A stretch of 63,776 nucleotides of DNA, the filler included, from Collodictyon triciliatum (Eukaryota): assembly GCA_043381765.1 (NCBI GenBank). It is 11 parts of 11 records of this genome, joined end to end, with 100 filler letters (N's around TTAATTAATTAA, not from the genome) between each part and the next. Parts side by side here need not be neighbours in the genome. Positions count along the whole stretch, not along the records: positions 26,126 to 32,556 come from JBHJMP010004461.1; positions 32,657 to 39,089 come from JBHJMP010004462.1; positions 39,190 to 45,623 come from JBHJMP010004463.1; 8 more parts are not named here. One strand, written 5' to 3'. Position numbers and translations under genes: made by a program. Below, in pieces: positions 26,126-39,899 of this stretch. Under the pieces are notes generated by a model, which saw only the letters and a program-made list of their open reading frames with translations, was not told the DNA's origin and made no database searches. How positions within the stretch are numbered: the stretch's first letter is position 1; each line of letters starts with the position of its first letter.

Positions 26126-26870
26126 TTAAGGGGGGATTTCTTTCGGGGTTTGGAGATGCGCTGCTCTTGGGTCTTGCGATGTACGGGCTTGTCCGGTGTT
26201 GGCGGTGGAGGGCTCGAGTGCGAGGATTCTGAAGAGGAACCGAGATGTCCTTCCATGTCATCGTCGCTATCGCTGTATGCGCGTATCTGCTGTGAGTCTT
26301 GCGGACTCCGGTGTTGCCTGGCCTTGGCTTCCTTGACCCCGCTGCTGCTTGCCTGCTTGGCAGGTATATTCTTTTGCGGAGCTTTTACTTGTCGTTCGTT
26401 GTTCGCGGCTGGCGGACGCTCTTTGAGGATGCGCTTTGGACACTTTTTGCCCATGACCGTAAACTTTGCTGGGAGCTGGTTCTTGTGGCAGAAAGCTTCA
26501 CCACGACTGTGTCTGTGAAGAAGCCTTTGTCCTTTTTGATCTCCACGTGGGTCGGTCTGAACGGCTTCAGCTCCTCACGAAGGAGTTGCGGCCACATGTC
26601 CAGCGGTAGTTGGTAGAGCATCACCGAAGTTTCTGTTAGTTTACTTCTGCTGAAGCTGCTCGTAATATTGATCAACTTACCTGCTTCAGCTTCAGAAGCT
26701 TTCGGACGTTTTCTGCAGTGCGGAAGGCAATCAGGAAAAAGGCCTTCGCTGTCCGGTAAGTGCAATTGGATGGAATCTTCCCAAAGTTTGTTCGCTTTCA
26801 AGAAGGAGGTGAGCGCATCTGTTAGTCTGCGAACTACGGATAAAAAAAAACATTTCGACTTATACAAGAT
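26126..26870 (-). mobile_element. LINE ORF1 (RRM-like) remnant, frameshifted
   Basis: VMLYQLPLDMWPQLLREELKPFRPTHVEIKKDKGFFTDTVVVK / QLPAKFTVMGKKC, followed by a basic, Ser-rich tail. No introns. Aligns by eye with the ORF1-like peptide at about 33450-33700, which lies upstream of an RT fragment. Confidence 0.55.
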
Positions 26871-28223
26871 GGAAGATGCTGAACACCGTAGTATTCATGA
26901 ATTGATGTTGAGGGTTTCAGAGGTAGCTCGTCGCATCGCCCTGACAAATCTACTTTCATCGAAAGCCCGCTGCATGGGTTTGCGTAAAATCTAAAAAAAA
27001 AAAACCTTCACTCTCGACGAGCTCAAATCGACTTATCATAACCCCTTAAAAAAACCTGAGAAAAAAACTGGGTTGGGTCGTCATGCTTCTGTGAGGTTAG
27101 TACTGAGTGGAACTTCAACAAACAACGAACTTCTACTCACACGCTCTGCCCGAGAGAAAGAGCGCGAGCATCTTCGTCTTGGTGCGTTGGCTAAGAAAAT
27201 GGAGACGCGCAAAGGGAATGCTGGTATTTGAAACTTTGCAATAGTGGAAGTGTGAATCCAGAGCCTTATGGCCTTCGTATATTCCACTTGGATCGCAGGT
27301 GTTGTGTGGATGAAAGGATGCTTGCAGCGGTGGCCCTCTCTCCTTGTCATGGTGATGGTGCAGGAGATAAAAGCGACTCAGCCCGTCTTTTGCAGAAAAA
27401 AAATTAAGCAAGGATGATGCGTTTTTTGTGAATTTATTTATTTATTTGTGGATGTTATCGTATATAATATAATGATGTCTCATTTTTTTATCAGATATGC
27501 ATATTTAATTATAAAAAATGCCATAGATATAACGTCATAACGCATCATATACAGATCAACAAATATGGAATTTATATATGTTCTATATTTGTATCGATAA
27601 AATACCATTTAATTTATCAGTTTAATATTAGAAGCTTTTATATTATATAATAAATTTATATATAGTAATAGAGGTTAAATTCTCATGACACTGAGTATTT
27701 TTTTATTTTACTGTGGTGTACATGGTTGGTTCGTGCAGTCTTCGCCCAATTTAGACTACTCAACGGATTAAATACCTATTTGGGTTTGCTTTTGGCGGTT
27801 GAAGATAAAAACGGAAGCCGTTAATCCTAAGGGTGGAAGCAGTGGAAGTCATATCTAACAATGACAAAACTGGTGATGCGAACGATCCCAACAAGCACCC
27901 GAACAAGTTGGCCAACGCGAGGCCAGCAACTCCGAAGAGGTTGTGGCGTGATGTTGCGACCCCATCAGAAAAGCAAACAAGGCCACGCAAACACAGACCG
28001 AGGAAAGCCCGTCCATCGTCCTAATGCTCTGCAACACCTATTGAAAATAAAAAACAATAGCGACAACAAAACAAGGAAGAATCCACTCACAACTCTATAC
28101 GTAAAAAAAAAAAAAGAAAAAAGAAGCTAGCCAACGAAAAGAGACAGAAGATCCTCACCCAACGCCGAGGAACCAAGCGAGTGGGCCATCGTAGAAGCGG
28201 GAGACAGCTTGAGCCGCAGCCAA

Positions 28224-29305
28224 ATGGGAGGAGGCAGCAAAGCAGGGCCCACGCCCACGCAGCCCAGCCTGAGCAGCACAAGCGGGTCACAGAACCTGCC
28301 GGGCAGCCAAGCACTCGCCTCGGGCGGCCAAAGCCCATCGCCACGCGCAGCTCTGCCGCTGAGCACAATGTCTGATCTGCCGCAGCCTTCGCCGTCGCCG
28401 ACATTCGCCCCTGCGCAGGCCTTCACCATGGAAGCGATGCTCTCTGCCGCGCCCTTCCACACGCTCTCAAAGAACCCGGCGCTCAGCACGGCCCTTGTCT
28501 TTCCCCTGCTGCGCTCACACTTCCCGGCTCTTCCGTGGGAAACCACCGGCCGCAAAGCACCGTCGGAGGACATCTCCAAAGCCGCTGCAGACGACGTAAA
28601 TGCCTCGTGCCTTCTCCTGTGGGAGTCTGTGACTATGCAGATTTGTGTCTCTGTTGCACATCGTGTCTTTCTCCCATCTACGTATCTTGCATACTTTCTC
28701 TCCATTCCCCTGTATTTCATTATATTGTCATTCTGTGCAAATCGTAAATGCTGATGTACCTAGTCAGCTGCCAACGCAGAAGGAAAGGATGGAGCGGAGG
28801 TAGAAGTGGAAGAAACCACAAAAGGTACCACTCATCACAACAACCTAACATCTCACTCGTTGGGATTTATTTTTATTTGTGATGTGCACAGCCGTTCACT
28901 AATAATTTTTCAAATATGTTGCCCTGAATCTCACTTTTAATAAATACCTCTTTCCATGCAGCAAAAGGACTGAAAGACAAGGTTAAAAAAATGCTTAGAA
29001 CATCATCAGAAAAGATCAAGTCGCCAGGCAATATTATTTTTCCCGAAACAACACCGCCCTAGTGCATTATTTTTCCCCATCCTTTCCTCCTATATACTTT
29101 GCTCTCCACTACGATAATTTTCCCCAAATTGATCTATATGCTATCTCCATTGATATGTTTTTACCTCATCTAATTACTAATTATTCCAACATAATACCGA
29201 ATATGTATCAGTGGGGACACCTTCCTCCAAGACTGAAGACAAGAAAAACAGAGCATTTGGGTCTCCGATTAAGTAAAAGTCTTATTCAAATCCCAGTTAA
29301 ACAAG

Positions 29306-29391
<86 letters not shown>

Positions 29392-32361
29392 AATCCATTG
29401 ACATCTTTCAAGCATTTATCCTAGCCTCTTTTTGAATAAAGTAATTATAATCCAGGTCGCAAACAAGTGAAGAATTTCCTGCAATCATAGACGAAGATAA
29501 ATCAGAACAAATTATATACGCGCCAGATATCTATGATGATCAGCAAAATCAGGTTTCTTAAAATTTATTGATTCTGGTAAAGCCACGAATGAGATAACGT
29601 TTATGAGCATTTCGAGGGCGTTTTACTTTATAACCATGATTGATTTTTTTCTCTCGTCTAAGCTGCAATCAACATATTTGATACTCCCCCTTCTTTTAGC
29701 CTTCCTTTGTGCTATCCATACACAAATCTGCTTTTCGTTTTCATCTTGATTTTTCTTTATCTAATCTGCCCAACCTCTGAATCAAAGACCGGAAAAAAAT
29801 CCTTGTCTACTTATTTCTTGCGCCATTTTCTCATACGGAATTTATGCAGATTATTCAAGAGCTTTCCAAGAAACTCTCAGAATATGAAACCATCCTGCAT
29901 ACAATGTCTGCATCGTGGACTCATGCTGAGACGGTTGACCGACATGTCAGAAGCCAGCCTGAGTTCGCCCGCACTGGCCTCCCTATAGGTTTCTCTACCA
30001 CAACCCCAATAGATATAAACACGACCACAATCAGCGATGCACACTTTTATGTGTATTCTAAACATACTCGTGTGAAAATCTGTTATGAGTTTATCAACAT
30101 CAACAACATCAACAACATCAACAACATCAACAACATCAACAACATCAACAACATCAATATATTATATTATATTTTATTATTATTTAAAAAGAAAGCATAA
30201 AAATTATTATTCAGCCAATCAAAACAAAAATATATACAGGACCATCCCAATACTCTATCGACCCCATTCTCCAGCAAAAGCAGCATCTTATCGATGTCGA
30301 AAGACTGATGCCTCTTACTATCGAACCTACTGAAAAACTCAGATCCAGAGCACCTTCGTATATTTCCAGATAAACACTCGCAATCTGATGTCCATAATTA
30401 TCGCGCAGACACAAACTTGAGCCATGTATTCAGTTATACGTAATTATGAATTGAATACCTTTCTCTCCTCATGAATTAGGTATCTGATGCAAACAGCGTC
30501 AACAGCGTCAAGAACCCCTAGTTCACGCGCCGAAACAACTCGAAACTTTCTTCGCTCTGGAAGCACCATGCGCTCGAATTCCTGTACGATTATAACCTCC
30601 TTGAAAATATTTTGGATTTTTTAAATTAATAGATATGATATATAGTCGTCTAAACGCTCATTTAACCGATTTTTCGGAATCACACCATATAATTAAAAAT
30701 CACTCTTGAAGGCATGTGCATGCTTTCAAGTTGTTAAAGAAACTAGACAAATATACCACAATCAACTCCTTACGATTACAACTATGATTTTTTAAATAAT
30801 GGATTATGTATGAATACGGACTCGCCACATTACTATTCCCCTTTTCTTCTCTCTTCAATAATATTGTATTTTTTCACTCACAACTACATCCTAGCTTCAG
30901 TCAAGCCCCTGGTTCAATCCACTGAGGTCGACCAAATGGCTGATAGCCTGGCGAAGGGGTCGAATTATGACGCCATTGAGATTTACGGAGGAAAAAAGAA
31001 AGCACGTCACGTATGGATGGAGTCTATGACTAGTTACCAGAGAGAGGTTGAAAAAGCAGTGTTAAAAAAGATGATTTTTAGGTAAGATTTCTTATTTTTC
31101 CAATCAAAATATGATAAAGTAAAAAAAAAAAATACAGTTAAGTTTCCCGGAAGCATAATTTTTGTTTCAATCCCTCCTTCCTTTACTCCAATCACTATCT
31201 TAAAGGATTGCTTGATTGAAATAAACTAGGAGCGATTTCCTAAAGAATCCCCGCTTTGAACCAGAAAAGTCAAAAACATTGAAGCCTGGTCAAGAAATGG
31301 AGCCATTCCCATCTGTAATCCACTTTACAGATTTCCACCCTCATCAAGTATATGAAATCCCGCTTGTCTTGCGCAATATCAGCTCCATCAGCCGGTATTT
31401 CTGCCCGACAGTCGCCACTTCATCGCTAAAACTAAAAAAATAATTCAATTTTTTTTTTTTTAAACAAGAAACTCTTTCTCCCTTGTATCGTAACAAGTAT
31501 ATGAGGTGCCGCATCCCTTAACATAGCCATTCTGTCCCCAACTTACCTCTATCCAAATATTTACACATTAGTCGAGTTCGGGTTCTTCCTCCACGCACGC
31601 CATATTTTTCGGTGACTTTGGCCCGCTATCCAACGGATGATGGGCTTATTGCTCCTGGAATGAAATGTCAATACATGATTCGATTCGCACCTGATAGCTT
31701 CGCTGACCATGAGGTTTTCTTCTTGTCATTAAAGTACCGACTTAACAGGAGTGAAAACAAACCATAGACATCCTCCACATCGCGTCTCTATTCATGTTCT
31801 CTAACTTTGCCCGTTCATTTTTCCCCCTTTTCCTTTTCCTTTCCATTTCTTAAACTCATTAACAGGATGAACTGGCGGTGATTACCGAGAACCATCGTTT
31901 CTGTATTCCTATACATGCAACTCGCCCACCGCCACAGCTTTCACTTCCCACCGTTTTTGATTGCGGTACCTTATGAAACCAAGCCAAAACACTATTAATT
32001 TCCGTATACCTATTCTCGTTACTCTCAGAGTGTATCACCATATTTAAAGCATTATATATCAATACATTCTTTATCAGGAGCGGCATTGATCGGTTCGGTG
32101 AAAACTGTCCAATTCAGCTGTACCAATTCTGGTGGGACCGGAAGCTTCAAGATTTTCCCTGAAATAGTCCCTGTGGATAGTTTGAATCAAACGCAAAATG
32201 ATGAGAATGATGAGCTCATCCTCGAACCTTTTCATATTTCCCCGACAAGCTTCTCTCTTGACCAAGGAGAAAGCACGCAGTTACAAGTGAAGTTCTGCCC
32301 TAACTCACCGCTTATATATGGTCTTCGCTTCCAAATTGCATGCGACAATTGCCAAACCAGG
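28224..32361 (+). CDS. DLEC1: DLEC1/CFAP81 (FAP81) ciliary central-apparatus protein, 5' part; the rest is lost at the spacer
   Basis: Exons from 31230 encode FLKNPRF, VIHFTDF..YEIPLVLRNISSISR|RVRVLPPRTPYF, GLIAPGMKCQYMIRFAPDS, RPPPQLSLPTVFDCG, CTNSGGTGSF and IACDNCQ, which is the DLEC1 ASH-domain signature. The upstream exons (28224-31082) and the start codon are tentative. Confidence 0.85.
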
Positions 32362-32656
32362 TACATTCAACTATTCACACATACATATTCCACAGATATT
32401 CTTTATGATTGACCAATTCAGGGTTCCTCTATTTCTCTTTGTCTTTGTCTTTGTCTTTGTCTTTGTCTTTGTCTTTGTCTTTGTCTTTGTCTTTGTCTTT
32501 GTCTTTGTCTTTGTCTTTGTCTTTGTCTTTGTCTTTGTCTTTGTCTTTGTCTTTGTNNNNNNNNNNNNNNNNNNNNNNNNNNNNNNNNNNNNNNNNNNNN
32601 TTAATTAATTAANNNNNNNNNNNNNNNNNNNNNNNNNNNNNNNNNNNNNNNNNNNN

Positions 32657-32871
32657 AAATCCTTGCGGTAGGTCGCCACCAGACATGATTCCATTCAGAA
32701 AAGCCACTAAGGATGCCTTGACCTCATTAAAGAAAGCAGAGTATATTCCGTTGGGCAGCCAATCCGAACCTGGCGCCTTTCCGTTGTGTAGCGACTTGAC
32801 CACTTTCCACAATTCACCTGCATCTATTGGTGCTATCATGCTGGCTGCTTGCGAGGATGAGGCCTTGGAGC

Positions 32872-32914
<43 letters not shown>

Positions 32915-33710
32915 AGCAGAGCCTTCTGCGAAGACAAAAGGTCGTACTGAATGTCCTTCTTACCACTGGTTTCTGAGGCATCGTTTGCTATAGATTGCAC
33001 AGAGACAGCTGAAGTTGGAGTGTCTAGTATGGACTCGGGAGTTGTGACATCTAAACTGGCTGGTGGGTGTGGTTTGATGGTCATTATCGCGCTGTGTTCC
33101 AGCTCTGTTGTTAAGTTGGCAATTGGGATTTCTTTCCCTAAATATCCCCTCTATTATCCGAATATGATTTGGTGAGGTATCGTGAGCTTGAAGGAGTTGG
33201 TAATCTTGGGAACTGACGATGTTTTCTCCACTTCTTCAGCGAAAGGATTGTGATACTGATATCGCCTCCTCCGTGTTGATTGGTTACTGCTGTGTTGGAA
33301 CCCGAGAAGCGTGTGATAGCATTTTGCTTGATAGTGGTCGCTTGTTAAGTAGCGGTAGGATTGGCGGCAATTTTTTTTTTTGAGTGGTTTGGCCTTTCTG
33401 TCATTTCCTCCTTTGTTGGGGAGAGTTGATGAGATGTCAGACTCTTTGAGGGCGCGTATCCCCACACGACACTGTCTATCACCAATGACGACAAAGGTAG
33501 GTATTTTCCTCCTCTTTTCCTGTTCCTTGTCAAATATGACGAGTGCATCATTCATACATATTCCTCCAGGCTTTATTCAGTTGACTTTGATTGGGGCGAA
33601 GTATTCGCCGCAGGCTTCGAAAACGTCAGTCCAGCTGACGCCCAGCGGTATGTTGGGTAGGTGCTCAATGTTAGTGACCCTTTTGCTAGAACGGGGATGT
33701 ATTGGTGATT
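32657..33710 (-). mobile_element. Decayed, internally deleted LINE: ORF1 remnant plus the start of the reverse transcriptase
   Basis: IDAGELWKVVKSLHNGKAPGSDWLPNGIYSAFFNEVKASLVAFLNGIMSGGDLP matches the GKAPG.DG pre-RT segment of L1/Tx1 ORF2. Upstream lies ORF1-like LPNIPLGVSWTDVFEAC..KIPTFVVIGDRQCRV with stops. Confidence 0.75.
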
Positions 33711-34163
33711 GAGGAGCTGAAAAGACCCCTCTTTAATGAAGGCAGTGGCGTTTATTTATCTTAGGAAAGAGAATCCGAGTCAGAAGGCAGGGCTGTCCAT
33801 CATAAGTGTCACGTCCTTTTCGTAGCACTTTCGGGCTTCCATTACATCTCGCAGTTGCTTGCAGATATTCTTCCGGTTTGAGAAGGCAAATACTTTTTCA
33901 TAACTTGCCACGAAGGCGAACAAAGCAGTCGATTTCATATTTAATTGTTTTTCTTGATATGTTCATACTTGTATTACAAAATGATATTAAACATTACTAT
34001 TCAAAAATTTAGAGATGAACGAATATGTAAAAATCTCGATTGATGCTGAAGTTTTATTGATCGTGATTTGATTGTTTGTGTTTTGCAATTGTTTTCATGC
34101 TACCCTGTCTGCCATCATAACCATACAACCTGCATTTTTTTTTTTTTTTTTTTTTTTGTGTAT

Positions 34164-34206
<43 letters not shown>

Positions 34207-34300
34207 GGTGACGGTTTGATGATATTTTTGTCTGATAAGAGCAAGAAGTTCAGATGTTATTGGCACTACAATCGCATCAATTTGGGGGATATGTATCGAA

Positions 34301-36315
34301 TCAAAATGGGAGCACGCCTGCTGTTTGAAGATGAGAGAAAAAAAGCATATTGTGGAAAGCATATGGAGAATCTGGAGGTGAGTCGCTGGAGTTCTGTACT
34401 TCTTTGTTGTCGGATTGGTATACTGGTTGCGACATTTGCATTCAGATAGGGACAAGTTCACAGCAACCGTATGTTTATCCATATCTCATTATGTTGGTTA
34501 GATGCTAATAATTACCACTCGTGGCTCCTCCACTTTCGATTTTGAGCACAGCATTCACAACTTGTCTTTCCAAACTTTCTTGCATACCCAATAGTTCTGT
34601 GAACAGGAAAATATTTGTCCCATTAATGCGTAAGTACTTTTACATAATAAATAGTGAAACGAGACAAACCCCGTCTCTTGTTCATGGCGCATGGATTCAG
34701 CATGAAAAACTGGAGACGCAATAAACATATATTAAATTACTGTACTAAAATTTTAATGGAACAGTACATTGTTCTCATACCAATTATAGCCAAAAGTGAT
34801 ATCACATTGAAATGACATACCAAGGGTAGTAGAGAGCGCGCCATGGTAGAACCCATCTCCGATATTTTAATCGTGGCAAATGTAAAGAATGGAAGAACAA
34901 TTAAGCCCACGAGTGGTAGGGTCCATCTAGCATAAAACAGGAAAGGAAATGTCGGGGTGTGTTTCGAGTCAAATGATTAGATTTTGTAATAATATGATTT
35001 GAAAATGAGATTTGTATACAGCAGATTAATTACAGCGTACTTCCATGAAGTCTCCAGAAGATAATGAACCACAATGAAGCCCGCAATAGTATAGAGCAGA
35101 TAGACAATTGGTGTCACGACAATTCCAACCATTATTTTATAGCTAGCAACCTAAAATTCAGTGTTACAAGATTTAGTACATATTTTTATAGGGTAAATTA
35201 GAAATATCATATGAAAATTGTGTGTAATCCAAACCACATCCTTTCCTTCTACTTTTACATTAGAAGAGGCCTTCGCAATTTTCATTTCCTTGTCTTACAT
35301 TTTGATTTTAAATTAAGATCCTCAATTTATTGAAATTGCGAAAAAAAAATCATTTATATTAATATTGCAAATCACGAAATTTTTTTTATTAGATTACATG
35401 CTTTCATAGTTTTGACTTACAAGATAAATATCGGGCTAGGAGGAATATCGGAGAGTTCAATATGTATCCTGGAAGAGCTAAGGCGCTGACGATGAGTACC
35501 AAGAGAAATCTAAATTGAAAAAAGCTTGAGCTGAGGCTATGCTTCTTCTGCCAATACAATTTGTAAATTGATGTCACAATGTGAATATCGTTTCGTATAA
35601 GCTCATGAATTCACACCTGTAAAGGAAGTGAAAGAAAGCAAGATAATAGTTTTCGGTGAAGTTTTTTAGCTGCCCCTGCTTAAGGCCGTATCCCGTGAGT
35701 GTATCGTTAAAATCAAGCAGCCTAATTTATCAAGCTGTTTAGTTAGTATACTATAAATTAACATTCATATGATTAATGTTTTAACTGTTTTTAGATCGCC
35801 AACAAATACCTCATCTTGAGCTGAAGCATCTCATCTTGACTCTCTTCCTCTTTCATGGCGGTGGCCAGCATTCGGGTCAGCTGACATCATACAATTTCAA
35901 ACGTTAGATAATATAATATCATCGTTGCAATTTGAACCAAAATAACATGTTACATATTCAATATATTATTTCTCTGATCAAATGAAAAAGCGTTTACGCT
36001 GGCTTGTTGAGATGGTTTTAACTTGCGGTTGGTTGCAGACTTTAATTTTATACACAAATAATAATGTGATATTAATCATATATTACTAATTTGATGAAAA
36101 TATATCAACGGATTATTTTAAAATACATAAATTATAATTAAATGAAAAATGAAAAATGAAATGCATAGACAGATGCTCATTGAATTATACCCACTTGGTA
36201 CAGGCGCCTTGCAAGGTGTACTGCACACAAATCTTCATAAGATGGAGCCGTGACTGTGACCGATTCTAGTCCTTTCTTGGTCAATTCTAACAAGCGACTA
36301 ACGTTATTGTTAGGA

Positions 36316-36364
<49 letters not shown>

Positions 36365-38522
36365 NNNNNNNNNNNNNNNNNNNNNNNNNNNNNNNTATTA
36401 TTATAATTATAATTATTTCGTTTTATTTCGTTTTATTTTAAACGTCAGCTCAAAAGGTCGTTAAATAGTACTTGTAAGCTGCCTTTCTATCAGTGGAGTA
36501 CGATTGAATGAAATCTGAATCGGGCGTAATTTTGATAGGAGTACCAAACTCGATTACCACCTGAGCAGATCACACAATTTTGATATTGGTATTTAAACAT
36601 ATTAAAAGTAATTATATATTTATGAGATTTTATCATGCTTTCACCTGACTGCGGAATCGATGACCTTCAAAATATGTCATGCCACAAGGAACAATTACAG
36701 CGTTTGTATGGTACTTGTCTACAAAACCCAATGACATTGCGGCTATACCAGCCTTAAGTGGAAGAAGTTCCTATTTTTATTCTAAATTTAAAAAGAAATC
36801 CCAGCAGTTTCATTTCAAAATCAAATGTAATTAAAAAAAACAACAGAAAAGCCCATTAAAAGCTTCAAAAAATTTTTTGTCTAAAATCATCCGTAATACA
36901 TCAAACTATTAACATACTGTTCTGTCGTGTGAGCCGCCCTATAATAATAAATTTGCAATAATTTTGGAAAATTAAGTTAATACTCAAATTTACACTATTT
37001 TATATCGGTAAGGTTGATTATGAAACTTAAATGATTATATAGAGGGGATATATTGGGACTTATCGAATAGATACCTCAGGGAAAATCCCTAAACATCCAC
37101 CAGCAGCCAAAGAATTGTATACAGAGTCATACAGCTGCCTTTGGTCCACCTTTTTCAGAAGCTTGCATTTTTTACTGTCCACAGCATGGTCGATGGGTTC
37201 ACTCAGTTGTATTTCAGTATCAGAGATGAGCTTTTTTATCTATTACAAAAATGGCATCATTAATCTTCATAGCTTTGTATTCCAAATAATCAAAAGATTC
37301 ATTCATGTGATGGTATATCACAAAGGAATCATGAAACGCTAAACTTGTTAGATTTAAAAATTAGCGTTACATACGCGACACGGGATATCGACTGAAGGGA
37401 TCATAATTGATCCACCTTCCTCTCCTTCGCTAGTGAACTTAGTCCCAATACCGCTCACAATGTCATTTTGTACTGAGATAGTTCCTGGATAGATGATACA
37501 TTTACATTACTGCATGTATCATACTATTAAAATCAAACAGTGTTATCTTTTTTCTTTTTTCTTTTTTCTTTTTTCTTTTTTCTTTTTTCTTTTTTCTTTT
37601 TTCTTTTTTCTTTTTTCTTTTTTCTTTTCTTTTTCTTTTCTTTTTCTTTTCTTTTTCTTTTCCTTTTCTTTTCCTTTTCTTTTCTTTTCTTTTCTTTTCT
37701 TTTCTTTTCTTTTCTTTTCTTTTCTTTTCTTTTCTTTTCTTTTTTTTATTACGAAGGAAATATCAGTTGGATCATTATTAACAAGACAAGGCAATACTCA
37801 ATCCTACCTGATGCAGTTTTCGCATTGTCTTGCGGTCGAACAACTGGAATGGCGTGCATAGCTCTCCCAAACCACCCTATTAATGGCCGCTTCATGGATT
37901 TTTCAGCGGCAAGAAAGCTAACTATTCTATGATGGGCATGAATAACGAATTTAGTGGTTCTTATTGGATTATTATTTATGCTTAAAGCCTATAAATCGAA
38001 AGTACCTCGGACATGACACTAGAAGGACTAAGGCATCCACAAACTGGTTGAAGTGATTTCCGGCGATTATTGCTCCGCCGCGCGCAGGAATGTTTTCCAG
38101 ACCAACAATTTCGATATTACGGAAGAATATATTAAGAATGATCTGCACACGATACCATCATGTTAGACTAAGTGACACTGAGAGGATAATCGTTATATAT
38201 AAATCTCTTAAATTGCCTGGTAGTTGCAGAATAAGTTAGTGAGTGAGTGAGTGAGTGAGTGAGTGAGTGAGTGAGTGAGTGAGTGAGTGAGTGAGTGAGT
38301 GAGTGAGTGAGTGAGTGAGTGAGTGAGTGAGTGAGTGGGTTGGTGATCATTTCTCCATTGCGCAATACCAACGAAGTGAAGCTCAAATTAGCAATTACGC
38401 ATCGGCATCGTCTCGCTCACCTGGAAAAAGAAGCGCAGAATACGGTATTGCATCGATGGTGAAGAAAGCGGTTCGACCCCATCGGTGGATTCTAGATCGA
38501 CTTTACCCGCTAGCGAAACCAT
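34301..38522 (-). CDS. Glycerol-3-phosphate O-acyltransferase, fungal Sct1/Gpt2 type (PlsC fold), multi-exon
   Basis: IFFRNIEIVGLENIP, GNHFNQFVD (HX4D), FLAAEKSMKRPLIG, IPVVRPQD, GIFPE|GGSHDR, LLPLKAG, IVPCGMTYF.GHRFRS, then hydrophobic C-terminal exons. Exact ends are tentative. Confidence 0.88.
38240..38336 (+). repeat. (GTGA)n intronic microsatellite
   Basis: Perfect tetranucleotide array in the first acyltransferase intron. Confidence 0.95.
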
Positions 38523-39028
38523 CCTAGACTCAAAACTGAAAGTTGCAAGAGGGAAAAGAAAACAACCTTGAGAAATAAGTGTTGCTAGGACTAGAAGGAA
38601 TAATATGAAGGTAGCCAGGCACAAAAGTGACAGTTTAGTATTGCGCTCAGTTTGTATCATTGCTACAATACTTGCGTGTCATTCTCGTCGACAGAAACCC
38701 TTGAGGCGAATTGAAATGTGCCACCACTGCAGCATTGTAAGCAACGTTGGCACCACCGAATATTGCGATAGGGACGGATTTGATGTCTGCACGCGCCCGG
38801 ATATTCGCTTGTACATATGGGGCCGAATGCAACCTAAAATAGGATATTATGCAGGGGAGCGTTGGTTTTCTAATTATTCCAGATAAGTATAAAATGGTGC
38901 GGTTCCATTGGAAGGTTCGTAATTAAAAACACAGTGTGGGTTGAGCCTTGGCTCTTGGGCCTGGTGAAACAATACCTTTTGGCGAAGACCGACGGACAAA
39001 AATCTTGCGTAGATAGACACAATACTTT

Positions 39029-39075
<47 letters not shown>

Positions 39076-39189
39076 ATTTTTAAAAAAAANNNNNNNNNNN
39101 NNNNNNNNNNNNNNNNNNNNNNNNNNNNNNNNNTTAATTAATTAANNNNNNNNNNNNNNNNNNNNNNNNNNNNNNNNNNNNNNNNNNNN

Positions 39190-39752
39190 CAATGTCCCTT
39201 CGCTCAAAACCTGCGCGAAACAGCCGGTGAGATTCTTCGACTGACACTCAAGACGGCTGCGGCTGTTGGCCCAATCCAGGCGATATTTGGGCATCTGCAA
39301 CAGCTGCGTCCAGATGCAAAAACATTCTGGGCAGTAAGCGAGGCCATTTGCTATGGACTATATGGATATCGCGCATATACTCACGCAAAGTAAGATTCAA
39401 CAACCAGCCACCCATTCCTGATAACAGGCTGAATGACATAATACAAATCTCTTTCCTCAATAGCTTTCTTCGTCACCTGCACGTCCTCTACTACTCAGAC
39501 CCTGTGAGAAGAGACATGTGGAAAGAAGCTGAGAAAGAGATTCAACCTCGCCTTATCTCTCTCATGCAAGCACAAGACCCGGGCTACAGGCCAAACTGCA
39601 GGATGCAATTCCTGATTACCGACTACTTCTCCGCCACCCGGCCACCAAGTAGTGTCCATGCAAACAATGACCAGCGAACTAAAGCCAACATTTCTGCCAT
39701 CTTGCACAAAATTGAAAGGAAGAATGATAGTAATAATAATAATAATAAAAAT
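39190..39752 (+). mobile_element. LINE 3' end (family B, related to family A) with an (AAT)n tail
   Basis: LLWTIWISR..QISFLNSFLRHLHVLYYSDPVRRDMW..IQPRL..FLITDYF aligns with family A LWFLWGVR..QYSFLNSLLKDACILRYSDRKRREMW..IQPLL..LAITDFI. Ends in AAT repeats. Confidence 0.75.
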
Positions 39753-39899
39753 TAGTAATCTTAGGGATGGTGTATTTATTTATACGACAGCAGTTTTGTG
39801 AGATGGTTCTTTGTGTCTCGTTTGACCGAGGAAAGATGTTGATCTGACCCTTGCAACATGGGCGGCGAAAGAAAAAAAATAACATGCTAGCAAAAGAGG

